DNA from: the human T2T-CHM13v2.0 reference genome, Homo sapiens
Direction: 5' to 3' (one strand)
NCBI RefSeq assembly: GCF_009914755.1
Contig: NC_060926.1
Length of the DNA stretch: 64,000 nt
Under the pieces are notes generated by a model that was not told where the DNA came from, searched no databases, and saw only the letters and a list, made by a program, of their open reading frames with translations. Below are positions 48,606-62,900 of the stretch, piece after piece; within the stretch, counting starts at the first letter, position 1; each line of letters opens with the position of its first letter. The position numbers and the translations under genes are program-made.

Positions 48606-50869
48606 TGAGGAATGGGAGAGCAGTACAAATAATATCAAGTTGTTGGCTATGGGAGCACTGTGGGAACATGCTAACAGTTGGGTTAGGTGGAAGTCCTTCA
48701 ATGCTGACCCTGCATTTAAAAAGCATGCATTTAGGCCTTCTCTTTTGGCATCTGAGCATGGCCGACTCTGGAGAGCTGCCTCCACCACTGACTGGTGAAG
48801 AAGGTGCATCCCTTTTATTTTTGCCAAAGCCAGTCCAAATGCCCTAATAAAAACCTCTAAGTGATTAACATACAGAAGAAAGTGAATGGTGCCAACTTAC
48901 TGCAGTCCTGGTAGTTTTCCTAATGATTTGAGAGAGCTAGGCTTGTGATTAGAATTCCAGTCACCAGGCAGGATAGGGGGACTCTAGAGCTTTTGGATAG
49001 GCCAGGAGCAAAAGACATAAAAACAACAAAGGAACAAATTTAAAAATGAAACAGCACATTAAGTTGAACAGGAATGCACATTTTCTATCCCTGATTACAA
49101 TCAGAGCTGGCTATTTTTAGTGTATTTCTGATGAGTCTACTTCACTGTACTTCGTACCAGAATGGCACAATGAGTGGTATTTGCTCTCTATTGGCCAGTA
49201 GCTGAAAAGATGAATCTCCATGGAAGTGTGTATATAGGGAGTGCTGAGGCTGACATATGGTAGATTTTTTTTTAACATCTACAAAAACAAACCACTTTCA
49301 CTAATAATATAACGTGTGTGTGTGTGCACATGTGTGTGTGTGTATCACACCCATCCATTGAGTTTCAATAATCAACTCTCTTTTGCAAGGAATAAAATAT
49401 GTTATAGCCAGATAGTCATCACCAAACTATGATTTATAGTTTGAGTTGCATCTAGGTGGTTTATGGCACTGACCTAGAAAGGGTATTAATGAGGTCTATG
49501 CCAAAACTTTCAGCAGATAGAATATTTGATTTTTATTAGAGATAGGTTTGGGTTGAGGGGCCATTTTTATAAACTCAATGTTAAAAGAAAAAAATAGAAT
49601 ACCATAACCCAACTCTCCAAATACTTTCTATATAAGGTGAATACCCTGACAAATCTTATCCCAGCTATGCAGAGAGAAGTAGAAATACCTCTTCCAGTGT
49701 GGATTTAGAAATTGTAGGTACCTCAAGAATATATGTTGCATATTGCTTCTTCAACTAGTCATCCCCTACTGATTAAATACCTACCATGGGTTTGGTGCTA
49801 CTGGAGACTCAAAAGAAGAGTAAGGCAACCTGTCTTCATGGTGGTCAATGAATTCACCATCTTAATAAAGCCATGAGAGGAAAGTGTAAGAAACAAACCA
49901 TTTATTAACAGTTAGGACTAGGTATAACTGAAGAAATCAGACAACAGATGACTTTGAGCTAGGGGAGATTATTTGGTTTGGAGTAGCTCAAAGATATTTG
50001 ATCTTGATGTTTTCTGTAAGCAAGTAACTCCTTTTGTGTGTCTTTGGGGAGTTCATTTCCCAGACATTTTAATCTAAGAATGACGCCTTTACATTGGAAC
50101 ACCACCAAGTTATTAACGTAGCTTTCTTAACAGTGGTGGCCATTGTGCTTACAAAGTATATGCAGCTTTTTCATCAAACATACAAGTAATTGCAGAGAAA
50201 ATAAATAAGATTTATTTTTCTTCTTTCGACTGACAAGGCTTAATCTGTCTCATGCAATCTTTATCACTTGAAGTCAGGCTACCCCTCTCAGTACTTGCCA
50301 GATTCTTCATGGACGTGGATAATAACTATAATCTATGGAGCAGTCCTGCGGTTATGTCAGTACAGCCAGTAATTTGCAAGCCTGGTTCTACAATGGCATC
50401 TCTTAGGGGAGGAACTGCCTTGAGCTTGCTCATCTGTCTGAACCCTGTAGAGAAGGATCAGCCAACTGGTAACTTTCAGTGAGGTTTCTCATGGCCTTTT
50501 GCTGTCTTCAAGTTTATGGCTTTAAGAGAGGCCTTTGGCAAAGTTTTGATTGCTGTGAATACCCTCTTATAATGGTTCACTTTTCAAAAGGTTTTGACGT
50601 TCATAATTTTCTTTAATCTTCATAATTTTCTACTAGATTGGGAAGAATTGAGTCTCTTCCCATTTTATCTCTCATGAAAGAGAAACAACAAGGCTAGTTG
50701 AATGTACCAGGTGACATACAGCCCTTTAGCCATACAATGATGATCACATCAAGGTTTCCAGACCACAGACTTAGAGTCTCATTCTATCTCCTGTGTGGGA
50801 CCTAGAACTTGTTTGATTAGTTCTGTTGACAATTATATACAGGCTTTGGGAAACAAGTTATAAATATTT

Positions 50870-51585
50870 GACTTTTTGGTTGGTGCAAAAATTCCATTCA
50901 ATTCTGACATTATCTACCTGGAGCTAGCATCAGATCTCATGAGTTAAAGGTCTCAGTTCCACAATAATGCCCCCATGTCATACTCCAATCTCAAATCCTG
51001 GACCACCCATACTTCTGACCGACTGTCTATAAATTGGGGGTTCTCATCATCCCCTCCTCAGATTCGGTAATTAGCTAGGAAGGCTCATAGAAGTCAGGAA
51101 GGCATTTAACTTAACTTTACCAGTTTATTATAAAGGAAACAAATGAACAGCCAGATGAAGGAGTACACAGGGCAAGGTCCAGAAGACTCCTGAATACAGG
51201 ATCTTCTGTCTCTGTGGAGTTGGGGTGCACCTCCCCCAGAATGTGTATGTGTTTGGAACAACAACTTGGAAGTTCTCTGAACCTTGATGTTTAGAGATTT
51301 TTTTTTAATGGAGGTTTCATCATATAGGCATGATTTGTTAAATCATTGGCCACCCAAGCTCCAGCTCCTACCTCCTCCCCAGAGGTGGGGATGAGGGGCT
51401 GAAATTTACATGCTTTTAGTCATGGTTTGGTCTTTTTGGCAAACAGCCCCCATGCTGAAGCTATCTAGGGACTACCAGTCATCTCATTAATATAGAAAAG
51501 ACGCTCATCACTCTAGAGCTTCCAAGCGTTTTAGAAGCTGTGTGACAGGAACAAAGGATGAAGACTAAATATTTTTTATTATACT
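50870..51585. mobile_element. ERVL LTR, MER21-like
   Basis: ttcaattctgacattatctacctggagctagcatcagatc...cagtttattataaagga...cagccagatgaag. Confidence 0.65.
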
Positions 51586-52425
51586 AGAGATTTGAATAGA
51601 TATTTATCCAGAAAGACATGCAAATGGCTAATAAGCACATGAAAATATCCTCAACATCATTACCCATTAGGGAAATGCAAATCAAAACCATAGTGAGATT
51701 CTACTTCACACCCACTAGGATGGCTATAATCAAAAAAGAAGATGGACAATAATAAGTGTGGGAGAGGATATGGAGAAATTAGAACCCTCACTCATTGCTG
51801 ATAGGAATGTAGAATGGTACAGCTACTTTGCAAAATAGTTCGGTAGGTTCTCAAGTTGCTAAATATAGAGTTACCATATGATCCAGTAATTCCATTTCTG
51901 GGCATAATCCAAGAGATAGGAAAACACACATCCACACACACTTGCACATGAATGTTCATACAGCATTATTCACAACAGCCAAAAATTGCAGAGAACACAA
52001 ATGTCTGCTGCCTGATGAATAGAAAAGCAAAATATGGTATAGCCATGCAATGGAATATAATTCAGCAATAAAAAAGAATGAAGTAGTAATGCATGCTACA
52101 ACATAGACGAACCTTAAAAACATTGTGCTAAGTAAAGGAAGATAGTCACAAAAGACTGTGTATTGTACAATTTCATTTATATTACATATCCAGAACAGGC
52201 AAATCTAGAGACAGAAAGTAGATTAGTGACTGTCTATGGCTGGAGGAAAGGGTAGAGGGAATAGGAAATGATTGGTAATGGGTAACCAATTTATTTTGGG
52301 GAAGATAAAAGTGTCTACATGTAGAGAGTGCTGATGGTTGCACAACTCTGAACTCATTAAATTGTATGCTTTGAGTGAATTTTATGGCATATCCATTGCA
52401 TCTAAATAAAGATGTTTAGAAAAAT
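51586..52425 (+). mobile_element. L1M (L1MB-like) 3' fragment
   Basis: Remnant of the ORF2 end (gggaaatgcaaatcaaaaccatagtgagat...cacccactaggatggct) plus L1M 3' UTR ending aataaagatgtttagaaaaa. Confidence 0.85.
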
Positions 52426-52911
52426 CAGCAAATAGTATCACCTGGAGTTGGGCCATCCAGACAACATATAAGTACATCTAAAATTAAGTCTCCAAGCACT
52501 GCAATTCTCATTTGCCCTCTGATGAACTTGGTGAACTGGAACTTGAAGTCAGTTCTTGTAAATAAACAATGCTGCTGCTGTAAGAGCTAATTGACAGTGT
52601 CGTCAGATTGGCTTTGCCAGGGAGCAAGCAGTCATGGTCATCCTGAAATTAACATACAAATTACAATGATAGATTTTATTTGAAGAGTTTTATTTTTTCC
52701 TGATTATAAAAATAGTTTCTTTCCAGGCAAATAAAATGTTTCATGCACTGAAATAATCAACTGCCACCTAATTTTTTTTAAAATCTTTCTTTTCATACAA
52801 AATTTCAAATTATGAAAAAAAATGCAGAGTGCCAGTTTTTTGTTTGCATGTTTTTTGTTTACTCATTTAATGTTTTAACAAAGACCTCAATTCTATTTAC
52901 TAAATTTTAAG

Positions 52912-53357
52912 TGTATTGATTTTCTAGAGGGTATCGGAACAAAATACTACACATTGGGTAGCTTAAACAACAGAAATGTATTGTGTCACAGTTCGGGAGG
53001 ACAGAGGTCCAAGATCAAGGTATCAGCATGGGAGGTTCCTACTGAAGGTTGTGAGGGATGGTCTGTACCATTCTTCTCTCCTAGCTTCTGGTAGCCTCAA
53101 ATGTTGTTTGACTTGTAGGTGGTGATCTCCCTGTGTCCCTGTGAAAGAACGGAGTGATCTTTCTATGTGTGTCTGTCTCTATGTCCAAATTTCCCCTTTT
53201 CTATGAGGAAACAGTTACATTGGGTTAGGGCATATCTAATGACCTCATCTTAATTTGATCATCTGCAAAGACACTATTTTCAAATGTAGTCACATTCACA
53301 GGTACCAGAGGTTATGACTTCAACATCAGTTGGAGAGACACAATTCAATCCATAACA
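52912..53357 (-). mobile_element. MaLR LTR, MLT1B/C-like
   Basis: tgtattgattttctag...gcttaaacaacagaaatgtattgtgtcacagttc...caattcaatccataaca. Confidence 0.8.
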
Positions 53358-54029
53358 CTACGTCACATTCTAGGGCTTATAATTTTTTAATATTCTCTTG
53401 GCCTAGCTAAAATTATAATTTTAATCAGAGGAATCCATTGTAATGAGGCAAGAATAGATGTTCTCTTAAGATCATCCATGTATGAATTGAAGTTTACCTG
53501 GGCTCCTTTGACTGACTTTGTCATTTTCCATCTGGTGACTTTTGATAAAAAAAAAAAAAAAAACACATAAAAAAAATCTCCAGTGTTCCAAGCCTGCAGA
53601 GAAAAAAGGATGAAAATGATTATATAATTGGGAAGTTTTATTATCCTCTGGTTTTGTGTCATTTACTTCTGTAACACTGTTTTTATCGACTGCCAAGAAA
53701 TGTATGTGTGTTACCATTTCTTTGATCGTCTTGGCCTGCAAATTCAGGATAAAGGGCACAAGGAAAAAACAAACTTACCATTTTCACACAATTATTTATA
53801 AGAAAAATAGGACTGGAACCCATTTCTGATCACGATCCTTTTGAACCAATAAAAGGAATTACTAAAAATGTAAGGAGTGATGTTTTTTCTCTCGCAATTG
53901 GTACTTTGGCTAAAAATAAACCAGTCAAAAATAGAAAGAAAAGAAGATGGGTAAGGTCTGTTAAGAAACCTAAACAATATTCTGTGGCATCATTTCTATC
54001 AGCACACAAACATCTAAATTCTCCCTCAC

Positions 54030-55820
54030 ACACTTATATATATAACTTGACTTCAGTATCTCTCTAGCTATTTCCCCATTCCTTTATCCCTTTGGTAACA
54101 AAACTTCTTAAGGGAAGAGCTATTCCAGTATTTGTATTCACCCATTCTCTCTTGAGGCCTCTCCAATCAGGCTTTTAGCACCTGCACTCTGCCCCAACCT
54201 ACCCTTGTGAAGGTCCTGAATCCAATGGAGGACTCTCAGCCCACCTCTTACTCACTATCAGCAGCTTGGGCACACTTGATCCTTTTCTTCTTGAAATACT
54301 TCTTTCAATTGGCTTCCGGAACTCACAAGCTCCTGATTTTCTCCTCCTTCATGGATTTCTTTTTTTTCATTCCATATTAGGTCCTTCTCATCTCCCTGAT
54401 CTCTTAACTCTGGAGGGCTTCCTACCTCAGTCTTTGGACATTTTCGTAGATGCACACCCACACCCTTAGTGATCTTCTCCAGGGTCAGGGTTTAAATATC
54501 ATCTTTTTGTTGCTGACTCCCAAATTTATGTCTTTAACTCAAGCTTACCTGCTAAACTCCAGATCCCTATATCCAACTACCTATGAAATGTCAACACATG
54601 AATGTTTTATTGGTGTCTCAATCTTAACATTCCCAAATGTCTTCCCTCAGTCTCACTCTGCCACCCAGGCTGGAGTGCAGTGCCATGATCTTGGCTCACT
54701 GAAGCCTCGATCTCCCAGGCACAGGTGATCCTCCTGCCCCAGCATCCCAAGTAGCTGAGACCATGGCCCTGCGCCACCACGCCCAGCTATCTTTTTGTAT
54801 TTTTTGTAGATGTGGTGTTTCTCCATGTTGCCCAGGCTGGTCTTGAGCTCCTGAGCTCAAGTGATTCTCCCTTCTTGGCTTCCCAAAGTGCTGAGATTAC
54901 AGGTGTGAGCCACAACACATGGCCTCCGAAACTAAATTAGTGACCATCCCTCTCTATCTGCTCTTCCCAAGTCCATCAAAGTCAACTCTATCGTCCTAGT
55001 GCTTTATCCCAAAAGCCTTGGGGTCCCTTCATCCTCTCATATTCCATGTCTAATCTATTAGCAAACTCTGTTGCCTCTACACTGAAATAGATCTGGGCAC
55101 TTACTGTTTCTCACCACTTCCGATCACTACCAAATCTCCATCATTTTGCATCAGAATTTTTACAAATACTTCCTAATGGCTCTCCCTATATTCACCTTTG
55201 CCACCCTCTTTCCAGGTCTATTCTCAACACAATAGCCAGAGTGATCCTTAGAAAATCTAACTAGAATGAATCATTTCTCTTCTCAAAACCCTCCAGTGGT
55301 TTGCCAAAATCATTACAGTGGTCTATAGCTGCCACATCTGTGGCCCCCTCCCCCTTATCTCACAGATGTTACCTTCCACTGCTCTTCTTCATTCAGCTCC
55401 TGGCACACTAGCCCCATTGCCATTCTCAGCAATGTTCCTGCTTCAGAGCCATTTACATCTGCAGGTCCTTCTGTCTGGAAGGCCCTTGCCCCACTGACAT
55501 TCATGACTTGTTTCTCCAGCCCCTCAGTCTTTGCTCAAGTGGCACCTCCTCCATAAGACCTTCCTTGTCTGTACTGTTCTAAATCACAATTCCCAAGCCT
55601 TGGCTTTTATCTCTGCTTTATTTTCTCGGTATCATTTATCATCATCTGGTGTGCTATCTATTTTACTTATTTTATTAATTGTTTGCATCCTCCCAGAAGA
55701 ATGTAAGCTTCTAGGAGGCAGGGATATTTGTATGTTTAGTTCACTGCTATATCATCAGTGCCCGGAAGAGTACCTGATGCATGGTAGGGACTAATTTAAA
55801 AAAAAAAAATTGAATGAATG
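54030..55820 (+). mobile_element. L2 (long 3' fragment)
   Basis: L2-typical tctattctcaacacaatagccagagtgatcct...aatgtaagcttctaggaggcaggga...tgaatgaatg 3' end. Confidence 0.8.
54649..54924 (-). mobile_element. AluJ (tail lost), inserted in L2
   Basis: gtctcactctgccacccaggctggagtgcag...ctcctgagctcaagtgat (J-type). Confidence 0.85.
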
Positions 55821-56308
55821 ACTCAATAGTTCTTAATCTTTTCTAGCTTACAGACTATGAACTATTTTAAAATTTGATGAAATCTATGGAAACTTTTTTT
55901 TAGAAAAAGTTATACCCACATAATTTGTACTAAAATTCTAAAGCTAATGTATCTTCTTAAATTTTTCCAAGGATGTTTTCCACACCCAAGAACTCCTGTT
56001 TAATCATACGTGGCCTAGAGGAAGAGGCAAAGTATAAAGCCAAACTCTACTATTGTCTGTTGGATGATTGCTACTGCTTAAATCATGGTGGCCTGCAGAT
56101 TGAGGATAAAGGGCATAAGGAGAAAATAATTTTCCATTTTCACACAATTATTTATAAGAAAGATAAAACTGGAACTCATTTCTGATCACAATTTTTTTGA
56201 ACCATTTAATTGAACTACAGGAATTCAGATCTGTTTATTTATTTTGTTTCGGGGACTTAATTTCGCTAGCATAATTTTACAAGGGGGAAAATCATGTTTG
56301 AACTCTTT

Positions 56309-56712
56309 TGTATTAGGCCATTCTTGCATTGCTTTAAAGAAACACCTGTGACTGTGTAATTTATAAGAAAAGAGGTTTAATTGGATCATGGTTCTGCAGG
56401 CTGTACAGGAAGCATGGCTCTGGCCTCTGCTTCTGGGAAGGCCCCAGGAAGCTTTTACTCATGGTAGAAGGTGAAGTGGGAGCAGGCAAGAGTAAAAGAG
56501 AGAGAGTGCCCGGGGAGAGGTGCCACACACTTTTAAATGACCAGATCTTGTGTGAACTCAGAGATCTCACTTATCACCATGGGGATGGCACAAGCCATTC
56601 ATGAGGGACCTGCCTTCATGATCCGAACACCTTCCACCAGGTCCACCCTCCAACATTGGGGATTACAATTCAACATGAAATTGGGGTGGGGACAAATATC
56701 CAAACTGTATCA
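56309..56712 (-). mobile_element. MaLR LTR, MSTA-like
   Basis: tgtattaggccattcttgcattgc...aatttataagaaaagaggtttaattgg...caaactgtatca, with a near-matching 5-bp TSD tcttt/ccttt. Confidence 0.85.
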
Positions 56713-57824
56713 CCTTTGTAGCTTTCTGCTTATACTCCTCAAGTTCTTCCATTTTCCTTTCTCTCAGCATCGGAGTGCCTGATTTTATTGATAAGGGGTT
56801 CAGTTTGATCATGATGCATTTCCAAAGCTCCCTTTCTCTCTTCCCAAGGTATTTATCTAAATTTCACAAACCTTAAAAAGGAAATGCCTACAAGATCATG
56901 TTTGAAAGAGGTTTATGTAAATGTCCAGGAATGAAATTATTTTAATTTCTGCCTTTCCAATTTAAAATTCTGTATTCATCTCCTAGGTAGGTACCCCCAT
57001 GTGTTGAATAAAATGGCACATTTGTTGCTGAGAAGTTCTAAGACAGCAGAATTTTGCCCTCAGCACTTCTTAAGGAAAATGGTCTCTGTGAATTAAGGAT
57101 TTATGGGTGACCATGCTTCCGCTAGAAAGGTTTGAAGATCTGGACTTACATGCTGGGATCCTGTCTTGATTAAAGGCTGCAGAGAAGCTGATACAGTAAA
57201 TAGTCTTTGCTATCTGTGGACTCATATTTCCTGCTAGAGATAAACCAAGCTTTGTGCTATATAGCAATCAGCGAGCACCGCAGTGGCAGATTCAGCGCTC
57301 TGCCCCTACTAGGCTGACACCTTCAATTGGAAATGGCCTCAAAATCATGAATGTTCACTTCGGAGTTACAGGACGTGGGGATGAGTTGAATGTATTCCTC
57401 CATGTGAACACTTGGTCACTTTCCCCACATTACACTGTAAAACCAATTTTTGTGGTTTTATTTCTCTGAGTCCTCATTAATGCCATTTAACAGGAAATTC
57501 AGCTAAAGCCCCAAGACAAGTGTAGAGATTTCGAAGAAAACTTGCTTTGGACTGCTTTAGCAGAGTGCCTGTGTATTATATATGTGCCCACGAATGTCAT
57601 CACCAGGGGAGAGGAGCAGTCACATGAACGATCCAACCTAATTCATTTATATTTGATTTTGAAATGCACAGCGCTCCTTAGACTCTCAGTAACTTTTCAT
57701 GGAGGTGGGAGGGGTAATAGTAAGAGGAGCATGTGTTCTTTGAGCTCACATTGCATAATGGAAATAAGCAACAAACTGTATCTGACATTCCATGTGGATA
57801 CTTAGCTGTTGACACTGGATTTAG

Positions 57825-58195
57825 GGTTGCTACTCAAAGTGTAGTTCCGGAGCAGTAGCATCAGAATACCCTAGAAGCTTTTTGGAAGGCAGTTTCTGGT
57901 GTCCACACCTCAGGATCTTTATTTTAACAAGATCCCCAGCTGATTCATTTGCACATTATCTTTTCCTTTTTCTTTTCTTTTCTTTTTTTTTTTCCAGAAG
58001 GGTTGTTTAAAGCCCTGTTTCCCAAACATGGCTGTGCATTGGGAGCACCTTGGGGGGAGTTTTTAAAATACTGATTGACACCTGGGTCCTGCAGTCAGAG
58101 TGCCCGATTTTATTGGTATGGGATTCAGTTCGATCATGATGGGTTTCCAAAGCTCCCCAGGTGGTTGTAAGGTACAACAGAGTTTGAGAGCCTCT
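57825..58195. mobile_element. Two MER5-family elements in opposite orientation
   Basis: ctactcaaagtgtagttcc...aacaagatccccagctgattc, and ctgtttcccaaacatggctgtgcattgggagcacct...aagctccccaggtg...agtttgagagcctct. Confidence 0.6.
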
Positions 58196-59842
58196 AGTTC
58201 AGAGCAGAACCAGAATGCATCTCAGGCACATGTGAATGGTGAAGAGTTGACAATTTCTGAAACAGACTTTCAATTTGTGACCTGGCATTCTACCAGCCAC
58301 AAATTTTTATTTGTGTTTTATCCACTCATATGTTAGCTGTCTTCTTAATCACCAGAGACAAGTAAGTTATCTATTTAGTTTACTGCTTTTTCTATTTTAT
58401 CTGCTTATTTGAAAATTGATGGATAGCTTTGGTTTATATGGTTATTCTAGACCAGTCAAAAGATTTGCTTAATTGAATTTCATTTCCGAATATGTTTTCA
58501 GAGGGAAGGTTATGGTCTAAAGAATGTCATTTAAAGGTCTTACCAATGCTATGCAGTAGTTATTTCTCTTAAAGCAGCAAGAGCTGAGATTTCAAAAAGT
58601 TAAATAACTGCCTAAATTGCACAGCCGGTCATTGGAAAAGCCAGAGGTTGAACTTGGCATTTGAAAAGTCTTTATCTGATTCCTAAAGCCCGTACTTTTC
58701 TGATCCTCCATGCTGTTTCTGGAAAAACGTAGCTGTGTATGATTAACAGCAACTTTAAAAAGAGCATTTCTGGTTTATTTTTGTGTAGCCTTATGCAGTG
58801 TACACATAGACATGTGTAGCTTTTTGAAATTTTGTGTAAGACATTCCACCAACCATCACTGAGTAAACGTAGTATATGCCCTTAGGTTCTGATTTAAATA
58901 ACAACAAACAAGCAGAGAAGTTAGGGGAATTGAAGGTGACTGAGGAGCACAAGGTATTGAGATGTTTGTTAGGTGCGCTGGGTAGGGTAGCTTGAAAGAA
59001 TTTGCAAGAGGTAGATGCTTCACTAAGAGCTGCTGCTCTAGTCAGATTGGAAGGAAGCAACAGAGGAAAGACAAGCTTTAGAAGAAAGGAAAAAGTACTA
59101 CTATCAGAAATACTAAAAGGTTATTTCAGATTGTATATTGCAGCAGATGGCACAATGTAAAGGACAAATGGATTAACTTGCTGAGATTTTTGGTGTCCAC
59201 TTCATAGCCAGCCATGAAAGGCACTTAACAAAGCAGTGACTTTGTTAAATGATAGCTTCCAGAACATGCCATCTGTGGTCCCTGACTGTTCTCATTGCCT
59301 GATGAAGACTGGAATTGTTCTGTCTGAAAATGCAGAGTCTTTCATCTGGTTGTTTTCATATCCTTGTGAATTCTTTTCTGAGATTGAATTTCTGTATATC
59401 TGAGAAGGACCTTGGCTTATAAACATCTTTGCTCCCAATGGCTTCATGTTTCTCCATAGCATCACACTGAGAGAATGCTAGCAAAAAGGCAGCTTTGTTG
59501 ATTTGTTGATTCGTTTGTGTATTGGGGATGGGTATATTCTGGCATAAACTATTCTAAACTTGATGCTGAAACCCTAGGAAAGCCAAAAAGGAGATCCTGG
59601 TAGGGGAGTTCTGGCCCCAGGTTCTGATTACCATTTCCTGTTACAATCACCATGTTTATGAGTAATATGCAGAAGCAGAGATCTTCCCACCTTCCTTTTT
59701 TTTTCCTGTTTTCCAGGTCTCCCCTCAGTTTGTCTTTATTTCTTTAACTTCCACTGCCTCCCACTTTATTTTCACTGGTATCTTGTTATATCCCTAGATT
59801 CTACCCTTTCTTCTGTTCATTTTAATGAATGAATTAATTAAA

Positions 59843-59957
59843 TCGATGGGGTCTTGCTATGTTGCTTAGGCTGGTCTTGAATTGTTGGGCTCAAGCTATC
59901 ATCCTGCCTTAGCCTCCGGAGTTGCTGGCATTCAGGCATGAGCCACCATACTGGGCT
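59843..59957 (-). mobile_element. FLAM / Alu left monomer
   Basis: gggtcttgctatgttgcttaggctggtcttgaattgttgggctcaag...gagccaccatactggg. Confidence 0.8.
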
Positions 59958-62900
59958 CTCCTGTTCATTTTCTCTTCTCCCATCTTTTCACCTTTGAATT
60001 GCCACTCTCCTCCCTTATCTTTTTTGATTAAGAAGTTTTATTTCAACTTATTTGAAATTGTGATGGCTAGTCCAGGGGCTAAATTGAAGCTGATTTTCAT
60101 ACAGTCTATATTTATGAAAGATTTTCTAAAATATTTTATTAACAGCAACAATAAATTCTAGGAAGATATTTAAAATACAATGGAGTATGAATGAATCTTC
60201 AATTCTGTAGAAGCATCATTTAAATATAAATATAACTGCAGAGCAAGAGAAGGTATTCTTTAAACTATCATGCTTCAGATCTAGGGGTGTGCTTTTGGCA
60301 TTTTTGAGTGGATAAATTTTCAGTATGAGGGAATGCTGGGCTTTGACAGAAAGTTTGGAATCCTTGGCCCTGAACACTAAATGCCCATAGTGCCAACTGA
60401 GTCATTTGACAGTCAAGGACATTTACACAGATTTCCGAATGAAATGGTAAGTTTTATTTTATTGTAGCATTCTTATTCTCTATGTTAAATCTAAAATAGT
60501 TTCTTTAAAACTGTGCCATCATTTAGATAGATGCCCGCTAATCATTTGTTCAGATTTCTTATGCTTACTGCAAAATAATTATGTAGACATGTCAGTGTTA
60601 AAGATCAAGTGCAACGCAGTTGCTACAAGAAGTGGCACATAGAGCATTCATCATTCTAGTTAAACACAAAGGAGCTTGTCCTGATTACATGAATGCTAGC
60701 TTTCTATTCCTTGAATGAACCTCTCCAAGTAAGACTAAGAGTCCATACCTTGTAGTAATTTATAATGTGAAAAAATATTTTTCTACCTAGGATTTTAATG
60801 AAAATTAAATAAATGAATGTGGTAAAGCACTTGGAGCCAATTTGAACTCTGGCATTGCCTTGATTATATCTGGAAGATAACTGCTTACCCACCTCCAGTG
60901 CCCCAACAACCATGGCTCAATGACTGTTTTCATGAATCGAGGAATTTGAGATCCTCTGTTAATATTAACAGCAGCCTCAAGCGTGACAGAAGTCTTCTAG
61001 ATGTCTGAATCCAACACCTGCACTTTTCAAAATGGGGGACTTTAGTAAAAACTCTCATGTGACAATAATTTTTGAAACAACTCCAAATAAGGCATAATGC
61101 AGGGTTTAAGCTAACACTTCAGATGACCTAAAGCCTGAACTGAAGAAAGCAAGTGAGTTTGATCATTATTCTTTCTCGTGATGAGCTCTAACAGTCACTT
61201 ATATGCATTTTGTTAGAACACTCCTACAACCATTGAGAACAGAATAAAAGAATAAAAAGAAACAGATTCCTACTATAGCAAGTGAGATGCAGGTTAAAAA
61301 TGAAACACATACACACGCACAGACATACATTCCAGTTGCAAGTGTGATTAAATATGATAAAAATAGGGAACCAAAAGTGACCTCTTTCCCCACATAGGCA
61401 GAGTGGCTTTTTGAACTAGGAAGCATTTTGTTGTCTGGTCAATAGAGCCTAAATGTAATACTCGCCTATAGCCAGGGGAAGAACTCCATGCCTCCAACAG
61501 GTCAGTTTATTATTCCCTGCTGTGTCTGGGTTGCAGATGAGAATAAAACCTCTCACTTCTATGAGATGAGTCAACCTGCAGTTCACCATGGCCACATTCC
61601 TGGGAAAATAGCTTGTCAGGAGAAATGACTAAAGAAGACCATGTTTGACTTCAATGCTGCCCGATTGGTGAATTATATTTTTAGAGCAATCAGTTTAAAT
61701 CCTACAGATTGAAATTGTGCTGCTCGCTAACTGCCTGGGTGATTTGGCATGAAATTTAATTTGCTTTAACATGCATGGGGGGTAAGCAGAGGGGCGTTAA
61801 TTTCACATTTGAGAGTTGCTGCGGTACTTTGAAAATAACTAAAATCGTGGTATAATACTTTGCTCTCATTTTTCTTCTTCAAAACAGGCGTGATGCTCTG
61901 GCCAAATTCGGTACTTTAGTCTACCAGTTTGGGCTAATTTTATCTTTTTTCCATGATTCTCACTCTTTCTCACTTTAATGTCAGTATTAACTGAGCACTT
62001 ACCATGTGCTAGTTACTTGCTTAGTTGATCATCTAATTAACATTCAGCATATTAGCCACTCAATTTTATAGTTGGGGAAAGTTGACAACTACTGACCATT
62101 TCCAGACCTTTCCTCTCTTTGCAGGGACACAGAGGGAAGCTCGTCTAATAGGGTGCTATGCTTTTGTTCTTTCATGTCTGTCTTCCCAGAGTGGAACCCT
62201 CATTCACCTTGAGTGTGCCCACTGCAAGGGAGAATTTTGGAATCAAGGGTTATGTTTTTAATATTTTTCGATGTAGCAATCCAGCTTTCAAGTAATATAA
62301 GTTAGTCCTCAAAGTCAGGTCATTTTAAAGCTATTTCTCTGACATGAGTAAGTCAAGGCTGAGCTAATCTGAAAATTTGCATGCTGATAACAATAAAACA
62401 ATAAAAAAAAGTGCTTCTAGTGAATTAATGTCTTGAACCTACATAGAGAGCGACCTATAAAGGAGCCATTTTTTTTATTGCCTGAGGCTAATGTAATGGA
62501 TATTGAAAATGCCTTACTACTCTGCCATGTAATCTACATGTCCCCAACTGATATTTCCGCTGGTCAGTATTCATATTAAATGTAAACTCAACTATAGTTG
62601 GTGATTAGAAAGCCAACTAGCAGCAGTCATTGATTCAGGCAATGAGTCTAATGCCAATTGTACTTTTAGGTAAATGTTTTGATAGGACACTTCATCAGCA
62701 GTAAGAATTCCTCCACTGGGATCTTTAAGTAAATACTTTGCTTCTAAGAATTGTAAAGGAATGGTTGCTTGGTCCCCAAAAGATCCTTTCTTAGGGCATG
62801 ATTTATTATTTAATGGATTGTGGAAATATGCCATTTCTTGAAATGATAGTCAATGAGTACTATAAAAGATCTGAGGAGAACTATGTGCTTCATCTAATTA

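Larger units (their letters stand above)
53732..56204 (+). repeat. About 117-bp dispersed direct duplication (53732-53848 and 56089-56204)
   Basis: Shared core ccattttcacacaattatttataagaaa and catttctgatcac, roughly 85% identity by eye. Confidence 0.88.
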
